From Octopus sinensis (Eukaryota): DNA of 64,000 nucleotides. The translations under genes and the position numbers were made by a program. How positions within the stretch are numbered: position 1 is the first letter of the stretch; each line of letters opens with the position of its first letter. The stretch covers positions 63,426,001 to 63,490,000 of the forward strand of contig NC_043009.1 of assembly GCF_006345805.1 (NCBI RefSeq), in the 5' to 3' direction. Shown here in pieces: positions 1 to 11,660 of this stretch. The notes beneath the pieces were generated by a model. The model ran no database searches. It saw only the letters and a program-made list of their open reading frames with translations, and was not told the DNA's origin.

Positions 1-354
1 AATCGGATCCCTTGTTTACAGATATTGTTTCTTCATTCAAACATTTCTCTAGTGTTTCTTATATCCTGAAGACTTACTATTTCAGATCTGAAATGTTTAG
101 ACCAAATTCTTTGAATATAGTGACTTTTTTTCTTCTTCCTAAGTTTATCTATATCATGTCCATTCATGTTAAGGAATGCGATAATTCCGACGTATCTGTA
201 TACTTAAGTGATATTAGGTTTATATTACGTTCCTGACTATGGAAAGAAATACATAAACAACCAATAATATAGTTTTTCATCGCCCTAGCTTACCCTTTGA
301 CACATTCAATTCTATGTTGCTTGATCCAGAAGAAACCGTCATAGAAAATAATGG

Positions 355-483
355 TTTCAAATTCTGGTTATATAGGGCCAGCAGTTTTTGAAGGGAGGGG
401 GACGTTGATTACATAGACCCGAGTATATGACTGGTACTTATTTCATCGACCCCGAAGAGATGGAAGAAAAAGTCAATTCTGCC
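355..483 (-). mobile_element. SINE family A, 3' fragment (tail variant B)
   Basis: Shares GGTACTTATTTCATCGACCCCGAA core with other family-A copies; followed by (ATT)n. Confidence 0.7.
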
Positions 484-493
484 TGCTCGACCT

Positions 494-495
<2 letters not shown>

Positions 496-570
<75 letters not shown>
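496..570. repeat. (ATT)n microsatellite
   Basis: Direct reading. Confidence 0.98.
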
Positions 571-855
571 GAGTGAGAGAGCAGTGCATGCCATCAAAGT
601 GACACTGGGGTAAAATATATGAAGCCCAGTATACCCATCATGACTACCCGTCTGATAAGGATACACCAGGCACATGCATCATAACCATATGTGCGCGACA
701 TGGTGATCTCATATCAAGATAAACAGCACATGACCTTGCAGGTGGGGCCCAGTTAGAATTTTCTTCAGGTTGAGTAGCCCATCCCGCTGAAAAGGTCCCT
801 GAATAAGGGTTGTTTAAGGATGTTGAAAGAACCACCCATGTTTCCAGAGGTGAAC
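571..855. mobile_element. Unclassified ~285-bp element embedded in an (ATT/TAA)n tract
   Basis: Complex GC-richer sequence with sharp boundaries, (ATT)n on both sides; single copy in window, so repeat status is inferred. Confidence 0.55.
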
Positions 856-914
<59 letters not shown>

Positions 915-916
915 TG

Positions 917-1130
917 ATTTCAAATTCGGGCCAGCAATTTCGATGTGGTAGAGGGGTGAAGTCGATTATATCGACCCCCACCCCAATACTCAACCAGTAC
1001 TTATTTTATTGACCCCGAAGGGATGAAATGCAAAGTCGACCTCGGCAGAATTTGAACTCAGAACGTAAAGATGGACGAAAATACGCTAAGCATTTTGACT
1101 GGCATTCTAACGACTCTGCCAGCTCGCCTT
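917..1130 (-). mobile_element. SINE family A copy
   Basis: Reverse complement of the GGCGAGCTGGCAGA...GAGTTCAAATT..GCCGAGGTCGACTTTGC head and core. Confidence 0.88.
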
Positions 1131-1320
1131 CTTCTTCTTCTTCTTCTTCTTCTTCTTCTTCTTCTTCTTCTTTCTTCTTCTTCTTCTTCTTCTTCTTCTT
1201 CTTCTTCTTTCTTCTTTTTTCTTCTTCTTCTTCTTCTTCTTCTTCTTCTTCTTCTTCTTCTTCATCATCATCATCATCATCATCATCACCATCACCATTA
1301 CCATCATCATCATCATTATG

Positions 1321-1388
<68 letters not shown>

Positions 1389-1390
1389 CA
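1130..1390. repeat. Compound microsatellite (TCT)n-(TCA)n-(TTA)n
   Basis: Direct reading. Confidence 0.97.
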
Positions 1391-1424
1391 TTATAGTATT
1401 ATCATTATAAGTGTATCGATTATA

Positions 1425-1590
1425 TGGCGGCGAGCTGGCAGGGTCGCTGGTAAGCCGGGCGAAATGCTTAGCACGCATTTCTCCCGACTCTTTACGTTCC
1501 GGGTTCAAACACCGCCCAGATTAACTTTGCCTTTCATCATTTCGTGGGTTGATAAAATAAAGTACGAACCAAGTACTCGGATCGAGGTAA
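1425..1590 (+). mobile_element. SINE family A, diverged copy
   Basis: GGCGGCGAGCTGGCAG head, GGGTTCAAAC B-box, TTTGCCTTTCATC core. Confidence 0.8.
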
Positions 1591-1751
1591 TGTTTTTTTT
1601 TTTTTTTTCAAATTCGCAAACTTTCAGAATGATTTTACTAAACTCAGTAGAGTTACATTTGGATTTTTCTTCGATATTAAACTTCGTGTGGCGTTACTGC
1701 AGTTCCATTTGCTCCGGGTTCGTTATTTAAAAAAATTAGGGAATTTTGAAA

Positions 1752-1913
1752 GGCGTAGGAGTGGCTGTGTGGTAAGTAGCTTGCTTACCAACCACATGGC
1801 TCCGGGTTCAGTCCCACTGCGTGGCACCTTGGGCAAGTGTCTTCCACTATAGCTTCGGATCGACCAAAGCCTTGTGAGTGGATTTGGTAGACGGAACTTG
1901 AAAGGAGCTCGTC

Positions 1914-1948
<35 letters not shown>

Positions 1949-1976
1949 TATATATATATGTGGTGTGTGTGTGTGT

Positions 1977-2015
<39 letters not shown>

Positions 2016-2232
2016 TGTGTGTGTTTGTGTGTTTGTGTTTGTCTCCCCAACATCGCTTGACAACCGATGCTGGTGTGTTTACGTCCCTTTAACTTAGCGG
2101 TTCGGCAAAAGAGACCGATAGAATAGGTACTAGGCTTGCAAAGAATAAGTCCTGGGATCGATTTGCTCGACTAAAAAAGGCGGTGCTCCAGCATGGCCAC
2201 AGTCAAATGACTGAAACAAGCAAAAGAGTAAA
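1752..2232 (+). mobile_element. SINE family B (tRNA-like head, CORE-like block, central (TA)n(TG)n, 3' domain)
   Basis: A-box TGGCTGTGTGG, B-box GGGTTCAGTCCC, CCTTGGGCAAGTG motif like the CORE-SINE start; at least 6 full copies in window. May match a published Octopus SINE (OR-type), not verified. Confidence 0.9.
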
Positions 2233-2499
2233 AACGAGCAATTTATTGCTCTCTAAGTACGCCCTGTTTATTCTTAGTTTTCCTTCCTTCCTTCTTATTT
2301 TCTTTTCTCTTTCTTTCTTTTTCGATTGAAGAACCTACAAAGTTTTCAGTGTGCTTTTTTTAGTATTAAGCGGGATTTATGTAGGTTCGGGCGTTACATC
2401 TGATCTTCCATGTTCAGAGGCTTAGCCAAGTCTTTTGTTTCGTTGTTCATTACATCGCATGTGTTTAGGCTTATTTACATAAATGTTTTCATACATAGC

Positions 2500-2640
2500 C
2501 TAATAATAATAATAATAATAATAATATAATAATAATAATAATAATAATAATATATAATAATCTAATAATAATAATAATAATAAATAATAATAATAATAAT
2601 AATAATAATAATTAATAATAATAATAATAATATTTAAATA

Positions 2641-2678
<38 letters not shown>

Positions 2679-2705
2679 TAATAATAATAATAATAATATA
2701 ATAAT

Positions 2706-2790
<85 letters not shown>

Positions 2791-2814
2791 CTAATATAAA
2801 ATAATAATAATAAA

Positions 2815-2857
<43 letters not shown>

Positions 2858-2860
2858 TTT
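2500..2860. repeat. (TAA)n microsatellite, ~360 bp
   Basis: Direct reading. Confidence 0.98.
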
Positions 2861-2953
2861 TTAAAATTTAATTTAATTAATTTTATTTATTATTTTTTTT
2901 TTTATGTATTAGACATTCACTAGTACAACACAAAAAAAAAAACAACCCCTCCC

Positions 2954-3052
2954 CCAAATATATGGCACAGAACTTCCAACCTGTTGTCTCTTGAGGTCTC
3001 TGGGTGAGACTTGGAGCCAACTTGTACAGACATAAAGCAAAAGTCAAACATA

Positions 3053-3131
<79 letters not shown>
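2954..3131 (+). mobile_element. 3' terminus of a non-LTR element (R4/Dong-like) with (TAA)n tail
   Basis: GAGGTCTCTGGGTGAGACTTGGAGCCAACTTGTACA...AAAGCAAAAGTCAAACATAG then (AAT)n; second copy inverted at 13283-13475. Clade assignment inferred from the TAA association. Confidence 0.6.
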
Positions 3132-3132
<1 letters not shown>

Positions 3133-3353
3133 CATAATATGTCGAGCTCATATATATATTTTTATTTTCTCAGCTGAGGAAATATTGTTTGAATTTTTAA
3201 AGGGTAATAAGGTCTCATTTAACGTGTTTTAAAATCTGTTTAATTGAAGATTGAATCTTATCTTATAAGTTTAATTACATCCAGTTCGTAATTCTCTTTT
3301 TTGCCCCCCTTTGGGGGCGAGCCTTTCGTTTGTGCTGAATTGTTTATTTGTAG

Positions 3354-3468
3354 TCATTTTGGTCATGCCTTTGTCGAAAACAATGCTTCCCATTTAAATC
3401 TCTTAATGTATTTTCATTTTCTTTTCTGGGGAGCTTAGAAAATTTTTGTAAAATTTTACACTGGCCAA
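3354..3468 (+). CDS. Putative exon A: SFWSCLCRKQCFPFKSLNVFSFSFLGSLENFCKILHWP (ApeC-like candidate gene)
   Basis: Acceptor TTTATTTGTAG, donor CAA|GTATGT, only one frame open, phase-compatible with exon B. Confidence 0.45.
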
Positions 3469-3484
3469 GTATGTATTTTTTATA

Positions 3485-3894
3485 GGCGCAGTAGTGGCTG
3501 TGTGGTAAGTAGCTTGCTAACCAACCACATGGTTCCGGGTTCAGTCCCACTGCGTGGCATCTTGGGCAAGTGTCTTCTGCTATAGTCTCGGGCCGACCAA
3601 TGCCTTGTGAGTGGATTTGGTAGACGGAAACTGAAAGAAGCCTGTCGTATATATGGTATATATATATATGTATGTGTGTGTGTGTTTGTGTGTCTGTGTT
3701 TGTCCCCCTAGCATTGCTTGACAACCGATGCTGGTGTGTTTACGTCCCCGTCACTTAGCGGTTCGGCAAAAGAGACCGATAGAATAAGTACTGGGCTTAC
3801 AAAGAATAAATCCCGGGGTCGATTTGCTCGACTAAAGGTGGTGCTCCAGCATGGCCGCAGTCAAATGACTGAAACAAGTAAAAGAGAGTAAAAG
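3485..3894 (+). mobile_element. SINE family B full copy
   Basis: Near-identical to 1752-2232. Confidence 0.92.
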
Positions 3895-4058
3895 AGAGAG
3901 TGAATAGATAAAAGAAAATCTACCAATGTTCAGTATTGAATTCTCAGTTCATTTGTTGAACTCTTTCCAATTAAGAATAATTAGCATTTTTAGAGTATAA
4001 TTATTAAATGCATTTAGTGGTGCTCTTTAGGTTTCCACAAATTCTCATTATTTTTCAG

Positions 4059-4223
4059 GCCACAAAATTATGTTTCGTGATGATAACATTCAACGACGAT
4101 CAAAACATTTGAAACAGTTCAAGATCGGTTCGGGTCATAAGCATCCTAATGGTTTGGGATGCTTTAGTTCCGAGGTCAATGGGAATAAATGGCGGGAGTA
4201 CAAAAAATATCAATAATAGATTT
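4059..4223 (+). CDS. Putative exon B: SHKIMFRDDNIQRRSKHLKQFKIGSGHKHPNGLGCFSSEVNGNKWREYK(KYQ* or KNINNRF with a 1-nt fix)
   Basis: Strong acceptor ATTATTTTTCAG; 51 open codons in the frame set by exon A; donor TTT|GTGAGT at 4224 just after TAA at 4214. Confidence 0.45.
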
Positions 4224-4321
4224 GTGAGTGGGTGAGACTCGAGATTTCTCAATGAGAACAACTGATGTAGTATATCCAGTGGAGTAATTGATAGCTGAGG
4301 GTATAGTATGAGAAACAGCAA

Positions 4322-4739
4322 TCTATTTCTTTACTGCCCACAAGGGATTAAACACAGAGAGGACAAACAAGGACAGACAAAGGGATTAAGTCGATTATAT
4401 CGACCCCAGTGCGTAACTGGTACTTATTTAATCGACACCGAAAGGAGGAAAGGCAAAGTCGACCTCGGCGGAATTTGAACTCAGAACGTAGCGGCAGAAG
4501 AAATACCTATTTCTTTACTACCCACAAGGGGCTAAACACAGAGGAGGCAAACAGGGACAGCCAAACGGATTAAGTCGATTACATCGACCCCAGTGCGTAA
4601 CTGGTACTTAATTTATCGACCCCGAAAGGATGAAAGGCAAAGTCGACCTCGGCGGAATTTGAACTCAGAACGTAGCGGCAGACGAAATACCGCTAAGGAT
4701 TTCGCCCGGCATGCTAACATTTCTGCCAGCTCGCCGCCT
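4322..4739 (-). mobile_element. SINE family A tandem multimer (head plus repeated body)
   Basis: Body CTATTTCTTTACT..CCACAAGGG...GAACGTAGCGGCAGA occurs twice, then the head CCAGCTCGCCGCC. Confidence 0.92.
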
Positions 4740-4895
4740 TCCGAGCACACATCGAACAGTGTTGGCCACTACAGGATACACCATATACCATCTTCTCCCG
4801 TATGATGTCCTTGGTCATCGTCGACAACGACGGACGAACTAATAATAATATCAGTGAACTGAAAATGGATGTTTTATGATAGACACAGCTCTACT

Positions 4896-4959
4896 CTACC
4901 GGTGGTGATCTAGCAAGGGAATGGCAGCTGGCCTGTCGATCAAACGCTTGTTTATCTGG
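4896..4959 (-). CDS. Alternative candidate terminal exon QINKRLIDRPAAIPLLDHHR*
   Basis: Very strong acceptor TTTTTTTCTTTCTTTTAG; phase-compatible with 5738-5848; short. Confidence 0.25.
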
Positions 4960-5737
4960 CTAAAAGAAAGAAAAAAACTAATCCAGCAATTCGTATCCAT
5001 CGAATAACGGTCTATTTTAGGCGTATACATTTAATTTTTAATGGTTCAGTTTTTTCAGACAATAAATTGGCACAATAATGAAGTACTATTCACGCGTCAT
5101 CTGCGAAATATCTGATAAACCTTCAACCATAATACTCTATCAACTAAAATATAGACTGTCAGTTTATTAATGATCCTGATACGAGCGGCAGAAAGACGAC
5201 CTTTTGTGGGGGAAGAAGAAGTGTGGGGCTTCAAATCAAAATAAACACGTTTTATGAGCAGACGACACTCGTTTGACCTGACAAAGAACTGGTGTTTTGA
5301 TTTATAACCTTGCTGTGTGTGTGTGTGTGTGTGTGTCTTTTGGGTGGGCGGGTGTGGATGTGCGCGCGTGTATGTGTATGTGGGTGTGTGTGTGCTCATG
5401 TGTTCATGTGTGTGTGTGTGTATGTGTGTGCGTGTATGCGCGGGCGCGTGTTATTTTATAACTTAACAGAGTAAGCAAGATTAACATGATCACACACACA
5501 CATTCAAGTTATCTCTCCTTCTCTCTCTCTCTCTCTCTCTCCCTACCCTTTCTACTTCTCTCTCTCCCCCCTCCCATTTCTCCCTCTCCCTTTCTCTCCC
5601 TCCCCTTTCTCCCTCTCTCTCTCCCCCTTTCACTGCAGCTGTCTTCTATCTTCACCAGTGTTTTTTTTTCCTTCTCCTTTCTCTCATAATTGATTCCTCT
5701 TTTTTATTGTCTCCATTCAAAATGTCTGCCTACTTAC

Positions 5738-5848
5738 AACTGGTATGCGGAGGTGGGCACGACTGAACCGAATGGGATCGTTGCTGTAGTTGCTGCTGCT
5801 GCTGTTGTAGTTGATGATGATGATGATGATCTTCTGACAAGAGCAGAC
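5738..5848 (-). CDS. Alternative candidate exon (SALVRRSSSSSSTTTAAAATTATIPFGSVVPTSAYQ, or His/Gln-rich in another frame)
   Basis: Acceptor TTCCTCTCATCACAG, donor GTT|GTAAGT, 111 nt, mixed-codon low complexity. Confidence 0.33.
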
Positions 5849-6155
5849 CTGTGATGAGAGGAATTCTAACCGTGGCCACCAGAGTTTGGCGGCAGAGAAG
5901 ATATCCAGAAACTCCATTATCTCTTTTTGTCCTTTCTACTTTTTAAAGAAAGTGGAATGTAATTTGGCGGAGATTTGACTGTTGTTTCTAGCGAAGCGAG
6001 TGACCGGTATAGAATCATAAAAGAACGTATGACAGATAATAATAACCGGCTTAAGTGATGCGAGTGAGAGGAACAGAAACGCTTTGAGGCGAACGAAGCT
6101 CACCAAATTATGCATCTGATGCAAAATCTTGATGACGGAAGGAGTTTCTCTTGGA

Positions 6156-6263
<108 letters not shown>

Positions 6264-6339
6264 TCTCCTTTCCTAGGGTCTGAAAGTTTACCACACCATA
6301 GTGGGTTACACCATGGTTCCTCTGCTTTATGGTAGGAGT

Positions 6340-6527
6340 AGGAAGAAAGAGAGAAAGTTGTGGTGAAAGAGTACAGCGGGGTTCACCCCCCCTCCCACCG
6401 CCGGACCCTCGTGGAGCTTAAGTGTTTCTGCTCGATAAACACTCACAATGCCCGGTCTGGGAATTGAAACCGCGTTCTTACGACCGCGAGTCCGCTGCCC
6501 TAACCACTGGGCCATTGTGGCTTCCAC
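6340..6527 (-). mobile_element. SINE family C (tRNA-Arg-like head), 5' part
   Basis: Reverse complement of TGGCCCAGTGGTTAGGGCAGCGGACTCGCGGTCGTAAG..GCGGTTTCAATTCCCAGACCGGGC. Confidence 0.88.
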
Positions 6528-6552
6528 TGCTGCTGTTGTTGTTGTTGTTGTT

Positions 6553-6830
6553 GGTCACCTCAAGCGCCTGAGGATAACTCTCAGAAGCGCTAGAGCCGTG
6601 GAAGGGAGACGAATCATTTCATCCATTGTAGCCCCTAGTTGGCGGATATAGCGTTCCACCATCAGGGCCGGACATCTCAGCCGAAGGTGTTCTGCAGATT
6701 CCACCTCCTCATTACAGAGTCTGCATTGATCTGTGTCGCTGCGTCCTGCCATATTTTGCCACCGCCTGAGTGCCGGATGATGACCACCACTACGGAAGTG
6801 TATCATGTCTGTGAAGTCTGCCTTCGAGAA
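6553..6830 (-). mobile_element. 3' end of a non-LTR retrotransposon ORF2 (I/R1-like CCHC region)
   Basis: ORF 6555-6806 contains CRLCNEEVESAEHLRLRCPALMVER, a C-x2-C-x8-H-x4-C knuckle, ending in a (CAA)n tail. Confidence 0.75.
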
Positions 6831-7484
6831 GGCTGCTGCTGTTGTTGTTATTGTTGTTATTGTTGAAGATGTTAACTAATTGAATGATTTGAATGACGGT
6901 GATTTGGTAGAATTAGTAGGGTGCCCTTCATTGCGTGTCTTTAGGTTTTCTGGGTTTGCCTCCTTGTTGAAGTCGCTTTGTCCTTCCTCTCATCAATAAA
7001 CTAAGTACCAGTCATTAGTGGATATCTATGTAATGTCTTGTTACTTCTTCTTATGGCCTTTCGGTCGTGGTTACAATCATTCATTAGTCATATGCACGCG
7101 CGTGTGCGTGTATGTAAATATGCGATGGAGAAAATCGAAAATGCCGAGATACAAAGCATAAACGCAGCATTTGCCCATAAACTATGAGATAATGAGATAA
7201 CGTGCTTAAATAAGAAACGTGACTCACTTCATTAATATAGCAAAGAGAAATGATAATTTTTAGAACACAGCCAATAGACTTCTGTTTCTCCGAAATAGAT
7301 ATGCATGTATGAATGTATGTACGTATGTATGTACGTATGTACGCATGTGTATACGTGCGTGCATACACATATATAAACTGAATGTATGCAAGTATATCTA
7401 CATGTGTACACACACAACACACACACACATATGTATAAATATACAGATATACAGACAGATAGATAGTGTGGAATAATATAACAG

Positions 7485-7586
7485 AAAGGAGGACAAATAC
7501 TGTGCGATAGCTGCTCACTCCGGAGCCTCTAGGTTGGACAGCCATGTATGGGATCCGAAGATCAAACGCCCACCACATACAAACAG
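7485..7586 (+). CDS. Possible small exon upstream of exon C (KEDKYCAIAAH... / ...PEPLGWTAMYGIRRSNAHHIQTG)
   Basis: Donor CAG|GTGGAA at 7587; the frame from 7511 is phase-compatible with exon C; acceptors are weak. Confidence 0.25.
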
Positions 7587-7676
7587 GTGGAAAATTAGGG
7601 AGATTTCTACCCCATTTGTAAATGGATCAAAGAGATGCATGTTATTCGTAGCTGGAAAATCGCACATTTTTTTTAG

Positions 7677-7851
7677 GTTCGAGAATTCCACCACACTTAA
7701 TTTCAGATCCGAAACTTTTAGCAAATTCCCGTACATGGACAACATTCTCTTGTCAAAGTGGAGGACACCATCCGTTCCGGATTGAGTTGCTAACTCACAG
7801 ACTTTGGCCTCGAGGCAAGTTTTGTCTAGCGAATGTTTCAACAAAAGATGG
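7677..7851 (+). CDS. Putative exon C: GSRIPPHLISDPKLLANSRTWTTFSCQSGGHHPFRIELLTHRLWPRGKFCLANVSTKDG (ApeC-like WPxGx[YF]C motif)
   Basis: Acceptor CATTTTTTTTTAG, donor TGG|GTGAAT, open frame of 57 codons; WPRGKFCL matches the ApeC WPxGxYCI motif as recalled, not searched. Confidence 0.48.
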
Positions 7852-7905
7852 GTGAATGTAGCAAGGATGGCACTTATGAATGACGAAGCCACCTTGAGCA
7901 TAATC
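7799..7905 (-). CDS. Alternative candidate exon DYAQGGFVIHKCHPCYIHPSFVETFARQNLPRGQS (overlaps exon C antisense)
   Basis: Acceptor TTTTTCCGGGTTCATAG, donor TCT|GTGAGT; phase-compatible with 5738-5848. Confidence 0.28.
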
Positions 7906-8577
7906 CTATGAACCCGGAAAAATTTAAAACAGAGAGTTACTTACTTGCAAATAAATGTGTTAACATGTGACATTATTGACCGAGGTTACCGTGGTCTTTC
8001 CCGTAGGCTTTTCTTTCCACGGATAAACCTTATCTGCTTCCCCCTTTACACTTTACATCATGACATTTCTGTGATACACGATCCCTATTGATCGTTTTTT
8101 TTTCTTTCCTTTTTACGATCCTTTTTGCTCAAAAACCTACCCAACTTATTTTTTCTCCCCAAAAAGAAAAGCTCTGCTTCGTAATTTGTCCCGTCTGTGT
8201 GCAGCCCTGTGTGGCTAATAAAGAAACATATTCTGCACCAGCTACATTAATTATGATTTCTACAAAGAGGGCGAAGCTCTTTGTTTTCTTGCTTTTCTTT
8301 TCTTTCTTCTTCATCTTCTTTTTACGTTTATTTCATGTCGCTTCTCCTCGTGTTTTCACATAGACCAGCGTCCTGGTTTTTAAACACATCTAACGATAGG
8401 CACTGTGCCTGAAAGATTGATTGGAGGTACATGGTAGGTTATATAAATCTGCCAATTTATTGTATTTCTAAAGCATGAAACTATTTGTAGCTCTTTTCTA
8501 AATTGTGCATATGAAATCACACACACACATATATATATATATATAATGCACACATGCAACCCACGTAAACGCGCGCG

Positions 8578-8578
8578 C

Positions 8579-8663
<85 letters not shown>

Positions 8664-8745
8664 CTATCTATCTATCTATCTATCTATATAGATATAGATA
8701 AATATATATATATATACATACATAATATACATACATATATGTTTG

Positions 8746-8791
<46 letters not shown>

Positions 8792-8813
8792 CATACATAT
8801 ATATATATATATA

Positions 8814-8891
<78 letters not shown>

Positions 8892-8900
8892 TATGCATAT
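8578..8900. repeat. (CTAT)n followed by (TA)n/(CATA)n
   Basis: Direct reading. Confidence 0.97.
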
Positions 8901-9099
8901 ACATATACACATATATAAGATTCCAAATGTAAAACCGCGTTGTGCTGAAACGGATATTGGCAATTATTCTCTACCCGACTAAAATAAAAGTATGAGCATG
9001 TGTGTTTGTATGTATATCTGAGTGCATCCATCAATATATGTGTGCTTATGGGTGCGTATTTGTAACTGTATGTGAGTGTGTGTAATGAGTAAGTTTGTC

Positions 9100-10152
9100 T
9101 ATATAAATACATACATACATACATACATAGACACACACACATACATACATACATACATACATACTACATACATACAGAATACATACATGCATACATATAT
9201 AATACATACATGCATACATAAATACATACATACATTCATGCATACATGCATACATACATAATACATACATACATACATACATACATACATACATACATAC
9301 ATACATACATACACACACACATACATACATACATACACACACATACATACATACATACATACATATACACATACATACATACATACACACACGTACAAAC
9401 ATACATACATACATACGCACACACACATACATACATACACATATACACATACATACATACATACACACATACATACATACACACATACACACATACACAC
9501 ACATACATACATACATACATACATACATACATACACACACATACATACATACATACATACGCACATACATACATACATACATACATACATACATACGCAC
9601 ACACACATACATACATACACATATACATACATACACACACACATACATATATACATACATACACACATACACACATACATACATACATACATACACACAC
9701 ACATACATACATACGCACATACACACATACACACACATACATACATACATACATACATACATACATACATACACACACATACATACATACATACATACGC
9801 ACATACATACATACATACATACATACGCACGCACACATACATACATACACATATACATACATACATACACACATACATATATACATACATACACACATAC
9901 ACACATACATACATACATACATACACACACACACATACATACATACGCACATACATACATACATACATACATACATACATACATACATACATACATACAC
10001 GCATACATACATACATACATACATACACACATACACGCATACATACATACATACATACATACATACATGCATACATACATACACACATACACGCATACAT
10101 ACATACATACATACATACATACATACATACATACATGCATACATACACACAT
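9100..10152. repeat. ~1.05-kb (CATA)n/(CA)n mixed microsatellite
   Basis: Direct reading; source of the MYVC/HTYI pseudo-ORFs. Confidence 0.98.
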
Positions 10153-10369
10153 ATTTCTGTCTGTGGAAGAGCATAAAAATGCTAAAGGAACGCGTGCCTG
10201 TGACGACGGCAAACATAAATTACGGCAAAATGGAGGAACCTCTGAGAATTAGTTATGATGTAATATGGCAGGGATACGTCCACACCATACCACACCACAC
10301 CACACTACACCACGCACAAACACATATGTGTATATATATGTATATGTATATATTTTAAAACAAATATAT

Positions 10370-10520
<151 letters not shown>

Positions 10521-10649
10521 TGTATCTGTGCATGCAATGCCAACTCTCCGATAGTTTTACAAAAGTAGAGATGCCATTGTTAGATGAGATATCTAGAACA
10601 ACGAACACAAAATGGTACTATGTTTTAACACAAATAACTTACATGTACC

Positions 10650-10925
10650 TAACACCACCACCACCACCAGCACCACCACCACCGCCGCCGCCGCCACCAC
10701 CACCACCACCGCCACCACCAGCATTCCGCCCACCCACCGCTACTTTTACCTCAAAACTCCATTCTCTGCATTCTCTCATGTCGCTGATTTCCTTTTAGCG
10801 CAGGAGGATACTCATATCGATTTTCTTATTGATTTCCCTGACGACAACTACTCCTACTACTACTACTACTACTACTCCTACTCCTACTACTACTACTACT
10901 ACCTCTACTACTACTACTACTACCT

Positions 10926-10970
<45 letters not shown>

Positions 10971-11040
10971 TTCTCAATCGTTTTTATTATCGTTTTCATC
11001 ATTATTATTGTTGTTGTTGTTGTTGTTGTTATCGTTATTA
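10650..11040. repeat. (CCA/CCG)n, (CTA)n and (TTG)n tracts
   Basis: Direct reading. Confidence 0.93.
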
Positions 11041-11069
11041 TCATTTCCAATGTAGCACTTTCGCTTACC

Positions 11070-11189
11070 TTTAATCGCGTCGCCATCGCTTGCAGGGATC
11101 TGGTTGCAAAGTCTAAAGCAGATATGGGCAATGGTTTCGTCCATTCTATTACAGATGCAACACAGCGAAGACACTTGCTCATTCCTGTG

Positions 11190-11190
<1 letters not shown>
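11070..11190 (-). mobile_element. R4/Dong-like LINE fragment (CCHC region)
   Basis: Translates SSLCCICNRMDETIAHICF, like the C-x2-C...ETIxHI zinc motif of REL-type LINEs. Confidence 0.55.
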
Positions 11191-11226
<36 letters not shown>

Positions 11227-11429
11227 TATTATTATTATTATTATCGTCATCATGATGCAAGATTCCCCTGCAGTACCGGATGCACGTCGGTGTTTCTGAA
11301 GTGCACCTTGCATTGTCTTTTGGCAATGTAGAACCGCGTTTACCTTTTCATTTTCTGCTGCATTTCCTTTGTCGTTTCTGCATTGTTCTAATGTCTCGTC
11401 CGTTCACCTTTTAACTAAATTCTCTCATT

Positions 11430-11660
11430 GGACTGCAGCCATGCTGTGGGACCACTTTGAAGGGTTTTAATCGAACAAATCTACCTCATTATTTATTCAT
11501 TTACTTTTCTTTTTTCAAGTTTTGTACTTACTCTACCAGATCATTTTTTTTTTACAGAAATGCTAATTATGGGGATGTAAACGAAGCGACACCAGTTGCC
11601 AAGCGGTGTGGTGCTGGTGGTTGTTGGGAGGGGAACACAAACACAAAGACACATACAAAT
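11430..11660 (-). mobile_element. SINE family B, degenerate 3' half
   Basis: GACTGCAGCCATGCTG...GGGGATGTAAAC...CAAACACAAAGACAC. Confidence 0.7.

Noticed and set aside
7515-7901. 128-aa minus-strand ORF as a standalone gene
   Set aside because: No recognisable motif; overlaps better-supported spliced candidates; may be antisense shadow
9046-10358. 300-390 aa ORFs (MYVC/HTYI repeats)
   Set aside because: Pure translations of the CATA/CA microsatellite in several frames
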